Source: Acidimicrobiia bacterium (GTDB taxonomy: Bacteria; Actinomycetota; Acidimicrobiia; Spongiisociales; ZC4RG35). Taken from it: a DNA stretch of 64,000 bases. The stretch spans positions 508-64,507 of the forward strand of contig JBBDHV010000059.1 of NCBI GenBank assembly GCA_040880725.1. The letters are read 5' to 3'. Position numbers and translations under genes: made by a program. The notes beneath the pieces were generated by a model that saw only the letters and a list, made by a program, of their open reading frames with translations, searched no databases and was not told where the DNA came from. Positions 19,002-27,706 of the stretch are shown one piece after another; position 1 is the first letter of the stretch, and each line of letters begins with the position of its first letter.

Positions 19002-21791
19002 TCAGCCGGTGTTTCGCATTCCCGCCGCGATGCCGTTCACCGTGAGAAGCAGGGCGCGTTCGAGCGCCTCGTCCTGTTCCCCCGCACGACTGCGCTCCAA
19101 CAGCGAGACCTGCAGGTAGTTCAGAGGATCGAGGTAGTAGTCCCGAACGGCCAGGGTTCTCTGCAGGATCGGGAGCCGGTCCAAGAGGGCATTTCCGGTG
19201 ATCCGGGCGATCTCCTCAGACGTGCGGACGTACTCCTCGGTGATCGTGTCGAAGAGGTGGTGGTGGATGGGGTCGACGAGTTGGCGCACATACCGTGAGG
19301 CGATCGCGAGGTCCGTCTTCGTGAGCGTCATCTCCACGTTCGAGACAAATGTCTGCATGAAAAGCCACTTGTCCTGCATCTCCTCAATCACATCCCACGC
19401 GCCGGCCTCGCGGGCCGCGGCGAGACCCGTCCCCACGCCGAACCATCCCGGGACGATCTGGCGCGACTGGGTCCAGCCGAAGACCCAGGGAATCGCCCGC
19501 AGGTCGTCGAGGCCCGCGGTGCCGCCGGGTCGTCTGGACGGACGCGAGCCGATGTTCATCTCACCGAGTTCCTCCACCGGAGTCGAGGAGAGGAAGTAGT
19601 CGACCAGGCCCTCGGTGTCCACCAGGGATCGGTAGGCACCGAAGGCAGCCTGGGAGACGAGTTCCATCGTTTCGGTCCAGCGGTCGAGCACGTCCTTGGG
19701 CTGACGGGACACCCGGTGCAGCAGGGACGCTTCGAGCACCGACGCCAGCGCCAGCTCGAGATTGCGGGTGGCGAGTCCGGGCAAGCCGTACTTGTCCGAA
19801 ATCACCTCGCCCTGTTCGGTGACCTTGATCCCACCATGGATCGTGCCGAACGGCTGGGCCAGGATCGCCTGATGGGTGGGACCACCCCCCCGGCCGATCG
19901 TCCCGCCCCGGCCGTGGAACAGCAGGAGCGTGACTCCATGGGCCTGGGCAGCGTTGCGAAGCAGCCGCTGGGCTTTGTAGATCTCCCACTGGGAGGTGGT
20001 GATGCCCCCGAACTTGTTCGAATCGGAGTATCCGAGCATCACCTCCTGGGTGTTTCCTCGCAACTCCACGATCCTGCGATATGCGGGTTCGGACAGCATC
20101 GCGTCGAGGAGTTCCCCCGCCCGTCGCAGTTCCTCGATCGTCTCGAAGAGCGGCACGATGTCGATCGCCGCCTTCCCGGCGTGCAGATCGACGAGGCCGG
20201 CGTCCCGTGCGAGCACGGCTGCGGCGAGGACGTCGTCGACGCCTTGGGTCATCGAGATGACGTAGGACTCGATCACGCCGGGATCGAAACGCTCGTGGGC
20301 GCGTCGAATCGCGTTGAACGCCTCGAACGTGACTGCGGCGCGACCTTCGAGCGGCGTGACCGGGGATGCGAGCGGTCGCCGGTTCTCCAGCTCTTCGGAG
20401 AGCAGACGACGACGCTCCTCCCGATCGAGGCCGGCGTAGTCCGCCCCCAACCGCTCGTAGAGCTGGATGAGGACCTCGTGATGCTGTTCGGCGTGCTCAC
20501 GAACGTCCATCGTCGCCAGGTGAAACCCGAACGTCTCGGCATTGCGGATCACCCTCATCAGCGCGCCGTCGGCGATGAGCCGGCCCGAGTTCTCCCGGAG
20601 CGACTGCGCCATCAAGTGGAGATCCGACAGCAACTCGTCGGGTCGCAGATAATCCTTGCCGGGAACATGGCGGGCGTCTCCGGCGATGCGCTCTTGGGTA
20701 TTGCGCAAACGTTGGTGGATGTACGCGCACTTCAGGCGGTAGGGCTCGTCCGCATTGAGGATCTTGAACCGTTCCCATACCGCAGGCAGGACAGCGCGAT
20801 CTGCCGCGAGGCTGGTTGCGAGCTCGTCGGTGATTCCGTGGATCCTCGCCGACATCGAGAGCTCCTCGGCAACCGCCTCCACGTGTTCGATGAGTGCCCG
20901 CAGACCGTGCTCGTGCTGCATCTCAAGGACCTGCATCGTCAACTCGGGAGTCACGTTCGGGTTGCCGTCACGGTCGCCACCCACCCACGTGCCGAATCGG
21001 ATCACCGGGCCGCGCGCCGCCGTTTCGTCGGTGAGCCTCCCCAGTTGGACGGCGATCTCGTCTCCGAGATCCGGCAGCACGTCGGATGCCAGCTGGTCGA
21101 GGTAGAAGACTGCCGAACGCGCTTCGTCCATGGGTGTCGGACGGTTGGCGCGCAACTCGTCGGTCTGCCAGATCTGATCGATCAGCTCGGCAACCCGCCG
21201 GTCGATCCGCACCCGCTCGCTGTCGGTGCTGCGGGGGTCGGACCGTTCACCGAGGAGTTCGGCAACGCGCCGCAGCTTCGTCAAGAGCGTACGGCGCGCA
21301 GCCTCTGTCGGGTGTGCGGTGAATACGGGCCGCAATTCGAGCCGTCCGATCACCGCGGAGACGAGTTCGGGGTCGAGATCTGCTTCGAGAATGCGGTCGA
21401 CGGTGGCAGCGATCGTGCGGTTCTCGTCGGTCATCGTCAGATCACCGACACGGTGGCTCTGTTCGGCGACGTTCGCCAGGTAGAAGTACGCAGAGAACGC
21501 ACGTACGAGGTTGATCGCATCGGGGATCGACATCGAGCCGAGTACCTGTTCGAGTTCCTTTCCCGCTTCCTCGTTGCCGGTGAGGCGGACGGACTTCGTC
21601 AGAGCTCGCACGCGTTCGACGAGGTCGAGCAACTCCGACCCGTGCTGGCGTGTGAGCGCATTGCCGAGTTCGGCACCCAGACGCCGGATGTCGGCGCGCA
21701 GCTCCTCGTCGCGTGGGTCGTCGATGGCGTCGGAGAGATCCATGGAAGTCACGCCACCGAGACTACCCACGCGGTCTGGAGTCTTTTCCAT
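19002..21791 (-). CDS. ppc: Phosphoenolpyruvate carboxylase
   Basis: VFTAHPTE, GYSDSNK, C-terminal NTG. Start is uncertain: ATG 21791 is chosen; alternatives are TTG 21803 (track) and ATG 21743. Confidence 0.92.
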   Translation of the reverse strand: MEKTPDRVGSLGGVTSMDLSDAIDDPRDEELRADIRRLGAELGNALTRQHGSELLDLVERVRALTKSVRLTGNEEAGKELEQVLGSMSIPDAINLVRAFSAYFYLANVAEQSHRVGDLTMTDENRTIAATVDRILEADLDPELVSAVIGRLELRPVFTAHPTEAARRTLLTKLRRVAELLGERSDPRSTDSERVRIDRRVAELIDQIWQTDELRANRPTPMDEARSAVFYLDQLASDVLPDLGDEIAVQLGRLTDETAARGPVIRFGTWVGGDRDGNPNVTPELTMQVLEMQHEHGLRALIEHVEAVAEELSMSARIHGITDELATSLAADRAVLPAVWERFKILNADEPYRLKCAYIHQRLRNTQERIAGDARHVPGKDYLRPDELLSDLHLMAQSLRENSGRLIADGALMRVIRNAETFGFHLATMDVREHAEQHHEVLIQLYERLGADYAGLDREERRRLLSEELENRRPLASPVTPLEGRAAVTFEAFNAIRRAHERFDPGVIESYVISMTQGVDDVLAAAVLARDAGLVDLHAGKAAIDIVPLFETIEELRRAGELLDAMLSEPAYRRIVELRGNTQEVMLGYSDSNKFGGITTSQWEIYKAQRLLRNAAQAHGVTLLLFHGRGGTIGRGGGPTHQAILAQPFGTIHGGIKVTEQGEVISDKYGLPGLATRNLELALASVLEASLLHRVSRQPKDVLDRWTETMELVSQAAFGAYRSLVDTEGLVDYFLSSTPVEELGEMNIGSRPSRRPGGTAGLDDLRAIPWVFGWTQSRQIVPGWFGVGTGLAAAREAGAWDVIEEMQDKWLFMQTFVSNVEMTLTKTDLAIASRYVRQLVDPIHHHLFDTITEEYVRTSEEIARITGNALLDRLPILQRTLAVRDYYLDPLNYLQVSLLERSRAGEQDEALERALLLTVNGIAAGMRNTG

Positions 21792-21824
21792 GCACGCCGC
21801 CAAGGCAGTTACCGTTCAGCTCCG

Positions 21825-23162
21825 ATGTTCGATGCACTCACAGACCGGTTCGAAGGCGTCTTCTCGCGGTTGCGCGGAAAGGGACGCCTCGACGAAGCCG
21901 ATGTCGACAGCGCGTTGCGCGACGTCCGGCTCGCGCTGCTCGAAGCCGACGTCAACGTCACCGTGGTCCGGTCTCTCCTCGATCGCATCAAGGAGCGCGC
22001 GCTGGGCGCGGATGTCCAAAAGAGCCTGACGCCGGGCCAGCAGGTCATCAAGATCGTCCATGAGGAACTGATCACCACGCTGGGATCTGAGGCGGTTCCG
22101 CTCAAGAAGGGTGCGCCTCCTCTGACGATCCTCATGGTGGGACTGCAGGGCTCCGGCAAGACCACCAGCGCCGCCAAGCTGGCGTTGCGGTTGAAGAACG
22201 ACGGGCGGCGTCCCATGCTCGTGGCCGCCGACCTGCAGCGTCCGGCAGCCATCGATCAATTGGAGACCCTCGGGTCGAAGATCGACGTCCCCGTCTATGC
22301 CGATCGGAACTCCAAGCCGAGGCGCCTGGTGAAGGCCGCGATGAAAGAGGCCGCCAAGCTCGGTCGTGACACGGTCATCATCGACACTGCCGGCCGGCTT
22401 CAGATCGACCAGGAACTGATGCGCGAGCTGTCCGACGTCGCCAAGGAAGCGGATCCGGACGAAGTGCTCCTCGTCGTGGATGCAATGACGGGTCAGGACG
22501 CAGTGAACGTGGCGAAGGGGTTCGCCGAGCAGACCCAGGTCACCGGAGTCGTTCTCTCCAAACTCGACGGTGACGCCCGGGGTGGAGCGGCGATCTCGGT
22601 CCGAGAGGTGACGGGTGTGCCGATCAAGTTCGCCGGCTTGGGGGAAGCCCTGGAGGCGTTCGAGCCCTTCTTCCCGGACCGGATGGCCGGCCGAATACTC
22701 GGCATGGGTGATGTCCTCGGTCTGATCGAGAAGGCAGAGCAGAACTTCGACGAAGCCGACGCCGAAAAGGCCGCCCGCAAGATGGAAAAGGGCCAGTTCA
22801 CGCTCGAAGACTTTCTCGAACAGTTCCAGATGTTGAAGCGGATGGGGCCGCTCAAGGACATCCTTGCTATGCTTCCGGGCGCCGGTTCCGCCTTGCGGGA
22901 CGTCAACGTCGACGACCGCGATCTGGCACGTGTCGAAGCGATCATCCGCTCGATGACCCCCGAGGAGCGGCAAAAACCCAAGATCATCGGCGGGAGCCGA
23001 CGGAAACGGATCGCGGTCGGGTCGGGTACCACCCCCCAGGACGTGAACCGACTCCTGAAGCAGTTCGCAGATGCACAGAAGATGATGAAGCAGCTGGCCG
23101 GTGGCCGGGGACTTCCGGGTATGCCCGGCCTCGCCGCCGCAGGCAAGAAACGCAAGAGGTGA
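21825..23162 (+). CDS. ffh: Signal recognition particle protein Ffh
   Basis: Starts MFDALTDRF. GLQGSGKTT, DTAGR, SKLDGDARGG, Met-rich M domain. Only the last 445 aa of the 1148-aa track ORF are real. Confidence 0.95.
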   Translation: MFDALTDRFEGVFSRLRGKGRLDEADVDSALRDVRLALLEADVNVTVVRSLLDRIKERALGADVQKSLTPGQQVIKIVHEELITTLGSEAVPLKKGAPPLTILMVGLQGSGKTTSAAKLALRLKNDGRRPMLVAADLQRPAAIDQLETLGSKIDVPVYADRNSKPRRLVKAAMKEAAKLGRDTVIIDTAGRLQIDQELMRELSDVAKEADPDEVLLVVDAMTGQDAVNVAKGFAEQTQVTGVVLSKLDGDARGGAAISVREVTGVPIKFAGLGEALEAFEPFFPDRMAGRILGMGDVLGLIEKAEQNFDEADAEKAARKMEKGQFTLEDFLEQFQMLKRMGPLKDILAMLPGAGSALRDVNVDDRDLARVEAIIRSMTPEERQKPKIIGGSRRKRIAVGSGTTPQDVNRLLKQFADAQKMMKQLAGGRGLPGMPGLAAAGKKRKR

Positions 23163-23167
23163 AGTAG

Positions 23168-23599
23168 ATGGCCGTCAAGATGCGCCTGATGCGCATGGGG
23201 AAGAAGCACTCCCCGTTCTATCGCGTGGTCGTCATCGACGGCCGTGCGCCGCGTGATGGCCGATACATCGACCTGTTGGGCCGGTACGACCCTCGCCAGG
23301 AGCCTTCGGTGATCGAGATCGACACCGAGAAGGCGATCGACTGGTTGAAGAAGGGCGCACAACCCACCGAGGCGGTGCGCAAGCTTCTCGAAATTTCCGG
23401 GGCGATGTCTCGCTACAAGGTCGCGGCAGGCAAGATTCACACCGTGCGGGCCGCGACGCCGGCGGCACCCGTCGAGGAGCCCGCTGAGGCTCCTGCCGAC
23501 GAGGCCGATGCCGTCGCAGAGGCGACGGAAGAGCCAAGCGCAGAAGAGTCGGAGGCCGATGCCGAAGCCGAAGACGAGACAGGCTCGGAGGAAGAGTGA
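23168..23599 (+). CDS. rpsP: 30S ribosomal protein S16 with acidic Ala/Glu/Pro C-terminal extension
   Basis: [23 protein letters not shown]-terminus. About 60 aa acidic tail. Confidence 0.93.
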   Translation: MAVKMRLMRMGKKHSPFYRVVVIDGRAPRDGRYIDLLGRYDPRQEPSVIEIDTEKAIDWLKKGAQPTEAVRKLLEISGAMSRYKVAAGKIHTVRAATPAAPVEEPAEAPADEADAVAEATEEPSAEESEADAEAEDETGSEEE

Positions 23600-23853
23600 C
23601 TGACACGAAGGGTGAAATCGTCGAGAACGTCGTCACGTTCCTCGTCAAAGAGATCGTGTCGAAGCCGGAAGAAGTGTCGGTGACCCTGGTCGAACAGGGT
23701 CCCGACGACGTCGTGGCGGAGGTTCGCACGGCCAAGGGCGACCTCGGTCGGGTCATTGGCCGCCGCGGGAGGGTCGCACGTGCAATCCGCACTGTCGCAC
23801 AAGCTGCGGCTGACGAGGAGGGCCTGTCTGCCGGCGTCGAGTTCATCGACTGA
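23596..23853 (+). CDS. KH-domain RNA-binding protein (YlqC/UPF0109-like)
   Basis: 85 aa. [17 protein letters not shown] (GXXG) motif. GTG overlaps the rpsP stop (GTGA). Conserved position between rpsP and rimM. Confidence 0.85.
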   Translation: MTDTKGEIVENVVTFLVKEIVSKPEEVSVTLVEQGPDDVVAEVRTAKGDLGRVIGRRGRVARAIRTVAQAAADEEGLSAGVEFID

Positions 23854-23857
23854 CGGT

Positions 23858-24349
23858 GTGCTGGTCGGCCGAATCGGCCGCCCGCACGGATTGCACGGGT
23901 ATGTGACCGTCCATCCCGAAACCGACAACCCCGATCGGTTCGCGCCCGGGAGTCCGGTGCTGACCGACTCCGGGGACACGCTGACCGTTCAGAAATCCCA
24001 GGAGCGGGGCAACAAACTGCTGGTGCGCTTCGAAGAAGTCGGCGACCGCACTGCGGCCGAGGCCCTGACAGGCACGCAGCTCTTCATCGACGAAGCGGAA
24101 CGCCGTCCGCTCGCGGACAACGAGTACTGGCCCGATGATCTGGTGGGTCTCGCGGCGGTCTCGAACGCCGGCGTCGCGCTCGGGCGGGTCGAGTCGGTGA
24201 TCGAAGGCGCCGCCCAGTTTCGACTCGTGATTCGCGGTTCGGAGGGCCAGTTCGAAGTGCCGTTCGTCGCCGAACTGGTGCCCGAGGTCGATCTGGCGAG
24301 CGGCACGATCGTGATCGCCGATCTTCCCGGTCTCGTGCCCTGGGACTGA
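23858..24349 (+). CDS. rimM: Ribosome maturation factor RimM
   Basis: VLVGRIGRPHGLHGYV N-terminus, PRC-barrel C-terminus. Start placed at GTG 23858 just after the KH gene stop. Confidence 0.88.
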   Translation: MLVGRIGRPHGLHGYVTVHPETDNPDRFAPGSPVLTDSGDTLTVQKSQERGNKLLVRFEEVGDRTAAEALTGTQLFIDEAERRPLADNEYWPDDLVGLAAVSNAGVALGRVESVIEGAAQFRLVIRGSEGQFEVPFVAELVPEVDLASGTIVIADLPGLVPWD

Positions 24350-24353
24350 GTGG

Positions 24354-25247
24354 TCAGGAGAGTTCGAGCGAGATCGGGATCTGGCTGCCCACGACCATGG
24401 TGGCCGATCCGTCTGGCCCGTTCGGAACCAGCACGGTGAACGCCCCCCAGGCGTCGGAGCGTTCACCGATCTCGCCATCCACGATCTGCTCGGTGCCGCC
24501 CGCTTCGATGGCGACGGACATGGTCTCCGCATTTCCGCGCACATATCCGTTGACCGTGAAGGGGTAGCTCGCGGAATCGCCGACAGGGTCGATCACGACG
24601 AGATCCTCTGTGACCATCGCCGGCAACTGGTACGGGTCCCCACCGGAGAGGATGTCCACGACGATCCGGGCAGGTCCGGACGCCACACTCACCCGGACCA
24701 GGGCCGGCTCGCCGAGGTGGAGGTCGACGAAGAGGTCCCCCGTGGTGCGCCGCACGACGTAGGCGGTGTCGACCAGACCGGTGTCGACGACCTGCTCGAT
24801 GATCGATGAGCGCGTGACGGCGGGATCGAGTTGCAGCCGCAGCACGCCTGCGGGCCGAATGAACAGGGGGCCCACGCCGGGTGGCAGCACTGCGGGCGCG
24901 CCACTCGTCGCAGCGAACTCGATCACCACGCGCACACATGTCGGGTAACTCACCCAGCGCACACCCGAGACGATGGTCGAATCGGTGTCACCGCGTTCGA
25001 TCAACCCGGCGCCGCCACTCTCCACGAACGGCTCCGAGCCGGCTTCACACGGTGGCGCCGTCCCTGCGGTCGGCGCGGAGGCGCCGGTGGGCGTCGTTGA
25101 CGTGGGCGAACTCGACTGGGTGTCGGAAGGAGTCGTGGGGGTCGTGGTCGTGGTTCCGGAGTCAGGGCCGGGTGCGCACGCAGCGAGGACCAGCACGGCG
25201 ATGAGAATCGGGAGCCGGTCCCACCCCCGGCGGGAAATGGGCCGCAT
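24354..25247 (-). CDS. Secreted lipoprotein with Thr/Ser/Pro linker; AMIN-like beta domain and Gmad2-like Ig domain (tentative)
   Basis: Lipobox VLVLAAC, then a T/S/P-rich linker. RVVIEF / RIVVDI strand pattern. C-terminal YPFTVNGYVRGNAETMSVAI resembles Gmad2 Ig-like domains. Domain names are from memory only. Confidence 0.65.
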   Translation of the reverse strand: MRPISRRGWDRLPILIAVLVLAACAPGPDSGTTTTTPTTPSDTQSSSPTSTTPTGASAPTAGTAPPCEAGSEPFVESGGAGLIERGDTDSTIVSGVRWVSYPTCVRVVIEFAATSGAPAVLPPGVGPLFIRPAGVLRLQLDPAVTRSSIIEQVVDTGLVDTAYVVRRTTGDLFVDLHLGEPALVRVSVASGPARIVVDILSGGDPYQLPAMVTEDLVVIDPVGDSASYPFTVNGYVRGNAETMSVAIEAGGTEQIVDGEIGERSDAWGAFTVLVPNGPDGSATMVVGSQIPISLELS

Positions 25248-25290
25248 CCCAAAGAGGCTAACTCGGCCCCGGGGCCCGTAGCCTGCAGAT

Positions 25291-26403
25291 ATGACCGCGC
25301 CGGCTCACGACGACCTCGAACCGATTCTCCTGCGGATCGCCGCCGGGGCCCGGGTCGTGGGCGCGGCGTGGGTTGGCATCCTCGTCATCTCGGCGTACCT
25401 GGTGGCCGGCGACTCGATGGAACGGCCGTGGCTGCCGATCACCGTGGCGACGGTCGTCGCCGGCTGGTCGATGCTGTCGGTGGGATGGTCCGGGTCCCGA
25501 CCCGGGCGACTGGTGTCGACTTCGACGCTGGTCGTCGACATCGGACTCGGTGCTGCGGCGCTGATCGCGACCGCATTCACCGGCGACGGCGTTCCCACGT
25601 ATTCGGGTGGGCTTCCCCTCATCGTGGTTGCGGTGGCTTCCATCCGCGGTCGGGGACATGCATGGATCGCGGCCGTCGTCATGGCGACAATCACCCTCGT
25701 GGTGCGTCCGGGCGGCGTCGGTGAGGCGGTTGGCTCCATCGTCCTCTACGCGGCGGGAGCGGCGATCTTCACCTGGATCGTCCGGATACTGAGAATCTCC
25801 GATGGAAGGCGCCGCGACGCGGACGACCTCAGACGAACGGCCGAGGCGGCAGCTGCGAGAGCCGAGGAACGAGTCGAGATCTCGCGCCACCTACACGATT
25901 CGGTCCTGCAGACGCTCGCGCTCATTCAGCGCCGGGCGGAATCCGCCGCCGCGGTGACGGTGCTGGCGCGACAGCAGGAGCGGGAACTGCGAGAATGGCT
26001 GTTCGGGGCATCCCCGGTGGAAGGTTCCTTCTCGTCGGCGTTGGGCGCCGTCGCGTCCGAAGCCGAGGTGCGGTACTCGATACCTGTCGAAGTCGTCATG
26101 TCGGGCGACGAGCCTCTGTCCGAGGGCGGCCTCGCTCTCGTGGCCGCCGCGGGCGAGGCGATCACCAACGCCGCAGCACACTCGGGTGCAGAGGTGGTGT
26201 CGGTGTTCGGGGAAGTCACCGGCGACGTGATCCGCGTTTTCGTACGGGACCGGGGACGGGGATTCGATCCCGAACAGCTTCCGGAGGACCGGTTGGGTGT
26301 ACGGGAGTCGATTCTCGGCCGGGTGCACGGTCGCAAGGGTCAGGCGACCGTACGATCCGAGCCTGGATGGGGAACCGAATGGAGACTGGAGGTCCCGCGA
26401 TGA
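25291..26403 (+). CDS. Sensor histidine kinase, HisKA_3 class, 5-6 TM helices with minimal external loops
   Basis: H-box EISRHLHDSVLQTL, N-box EAITNAAAHSGA, G1 DRGRGFD. The N-terminal 190 aa are almost entirely hydrophobic helices. Confidence 0.88.
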   Translation: MTAPAHDDLEPILLRIAAGARVVGAAWVGILVISAYLVAGDSMERPWLPITVATVVAGWSMLSVGWSGSRPGRLVSTSTLVVDIGLGAAALIATAFTGDGVPTYSGGLPLIVVAVASIRGRGHAWIAAVVMATITLVVRPGGVGEAVGSIVLYAAGAAIFTWIVRILRISDGRRRDADDLRRTAEAAAARAEERVEISRHLHDSVLQTLALIQRRAESAAAVTVLARQQERELREWLFGASPVEGSFSSALGAVASEAEVRYSIPVEVVMSGDEPLSEGGLALVAAAGEAITNAAAHSGAEVVSVFGEVTGDVIRVFVRDRGRGFDPEQLPEDRLGVRESILGRVHGRKGQATVRSEPGWGTEWRLEVPR

Positions 26404-27035
26404 CGATCCGAGTCTTCATCGTCGACGATCATGACCTGTTCCGGGCCGGCGTGCGCGCGGAACTTCCGGACGATCTCGAAGTGGTCGGCGAGGCGTCGGA
26501 GGTGGGACCGGCCATCGAACTCATCGTCGAGCGAGCTCCCGATGTGGTGTTGCTCGACGTGCACCTTCCCGGCGGCGGGGGAGCGGCCGTCGTCGCCGGA
26601 GTGCGCAAGCAGATCGACGACCAGGTGTTTCTCGCCCTCTCCGCCTCCGATGCGGCCGAGGACGTCGTCTCGGTCGTGCGCGCCGGCGCCCGGGGATACA
26701 TCACCAAGACGGCCTCCCCGGCCGAAGTCGCCGCCGCCATCCGCACCGTGGCGTCTGGTGAGGCGGTGTTCTCGTCCCGACTCGCAGGCTTCGTGCTCGA
26801 CGCCTTCAGCTCCGTGCCCGTGGGCCAAGTCGACTCCGAGTTCGACCTGCTCACCGATCGGGAGCGCGAGGTGCTCCGACTCATCGCCCGCGGATACACC
26901 TACCGCGAGACAGGCGAGGAGCTCTTCATCTCCATCAAGACCGTCGAAACCCACGTGTCGAACGTCCTGCGCAAACTCCAGCTCTCCAACCGCAACGAAC
27001 TCGCCCGCTGGGCCGCCGAAAGAAGAATCATCTGA
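26400..27035 (+). CDS. Response regulator, NarL/LuxR family
   Basis: IRVFIVDDHDLFRAG, acceptor LLDVHLPG, C-terminal LTDREREVLRLIARGYTYRETGEELFISIKTVETHVSNVLRKL. ATG overlaps the kinase stop (ATGA). Confidence 0.92.
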   Translation: MTIRVFIVDDHDLFRAGVRAELPDDLEVVGEASEVGPAIELIVERAPDVVLLDVHLPGGGGAAVVAGVRKQIDDQVFLALSASDAAEDVVSVVRAGARGYITKTASPAEVAAAIRTVASGEAVFSSRLAGFVLDAFSSVPVGQVDSEFDLLTDREREVLRLIARGYTYRETGEELFISIKTVETHVSNVLRKLQLSNRNELARWAAERRII

Positions 27036-27039
27036 TTAC

Positions 27040-27075
27040 GCAGGGGGGTCGCCCCCCCGCACAATCAAGCAGACC
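27040..27075 (+). terminator. G6-TCG-C7 hairpin immediately after the regulator stop, with a conserved 3' flank; also a dispersed repeat
   Basis: GGGGGG (27043-27048) TCG CCCCCCC (27052-27058), followed by GCACAATCAAGCAGACC. No U-tract. The flank and G-run recur inverted at 63977-63998. Confidence 0.55.
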
Positions 27076-27076
27076 A

Positions 27077-27115
27077 TTGACAGGATGACATCAATCTGAC
27101 ATCATGGTGACATCA
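27077..27115 (+). promoter_or_regulatory. TTGACA hexamer followed by three perfect TGACATCA direct repeats phased at 11 bp
   Basis: TTGACA at 27077-27082. TGACATCA at 27086-27093, 27097-27104 and 27108-27115. CATCAT lies 17 bp after the hexamer as a possible -10. Confidence 0.5.
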
Positions 27116-27143
27116 CAGCAGCGGATTGCGAGGAGAGCGCACC

Positions 27144-27257
27144 ATGACCGCCCACAGCTTCTACATGGCACACCACGACCATTACCTTCGGCGCCACCGG
27201 GCGACCCCGCGTCTCCCGCGGATCCGTCAGGATCTCGTTGAGAGGGAAACCCGCTGA
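27144..27257 (+). CDS. Candidate unannotated small ORF (37 aa, basic, His-rich)
   Basis: AGGAG at 27131-27135, 8 nt before ATG 27144. Peptide MTAHSFYMAHHDHYLRRHRATPRLPRIRQDLVERETR. G/C in 29 of 37 third positions. Its TGA shares one base with the next ATG (TGATG). Confidence 0.35.
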   Translation: MTAHSFYMAHHDHYLRRHRATPRLPRIRQDLVERETR

Positions 27258-27706
27258 TGCATCTCGCACCTGTCCTCACGACATTCGAGGCTGCGATCAG
27301 CACCCAGCTCGCGGTGGCGGGAGCGGACGCCACGATGGAGGCGGCGGCTTCCCAGCTGCTGGCGGCCCTCGAGCCGGCGCTGCGTCAGGTGGGGATGGAA
27401 CTCGCCCAGCAGGCCGCGGAAGAAGTCAGCGCCCAGTTGGGCGACCGGACGGTGGAAGTAGTCATCGCGGACGGGGAGCCACAGCTGCGGGTGAGCCCGC
27501 CATCCGAAGTCGATTCTCCGACGCTCGAAGAAGAATTCGACGCCCGGATCACCCTGCGACTCCCACCGACGCTGAAAGGACTCGTGGAGTCCGCGGCCGA
27601 CGAGACGGGCGACTCGGTGAACACCTGGGTGGTGAAGACCCTGACCAGCGGTGCTCGTAGGTCGACGAGGGTCAGCAGGTCGGTGCGCGGGAGCTTCGAC
27701 CTGTGA
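27257..27706 (+). CDS. Hypothetical protein with helical N-terminal half and C-terminal ribbon-helix-helix (Arc/HicB-like) domain
   Basis: C-terminal ARITLRLPPTLKGLVESAADETGDSVNTWVVKTLTSG fits the strand-helix-helix pattern. Stop overlaps the next start (GTGA). Confidence 0.7.
   Translation: MHLAPVLTTFEAAISTQLAVAGADATMEAAASQLLAALEPALRQVGMELAQQAAEEVSAQLGDRTVEVVIADGEPQLRVSPPSEVDSPTLEEEFDARITLRLPPTLKGLVESAADETGDSVNTWVVKTLTSGARRSTRVSRSVRGSFDL

Noticed and set aside
19716-21824. First 703 codons of the 1148-aa plus-strand ORF 19716..23162
   Set aside because: This part lies antisense to phosphoenolpyruvate carboxylase and has no recognisable motifs. Only the part from ATG 21825 (MFDALTDRF...) is Ffh. 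It is a typical high-GC shadow ORF.
25995-26399. Upstream 135 codons of the ORF that contains the response regulator
   Set aside because: This stretch is out of frame over the kinase catalytic domain. The regulator clearly begins at MTIRVFIVDDHD (ATG 26400), overlapping the kinase stop.
27257-27706. RHH-domain protein considered as a HicB-type antitoxin of a toxin-antitoxin pair
   Set aside because: There is no HicA-like or other small toxin ORF adjacent. The downstream coupled gene is a 275-aa repeat solenoid, and the protein has a large extra N-terminal domain. I treat it as a DNA-binding component of the cassette rather than a TA module.
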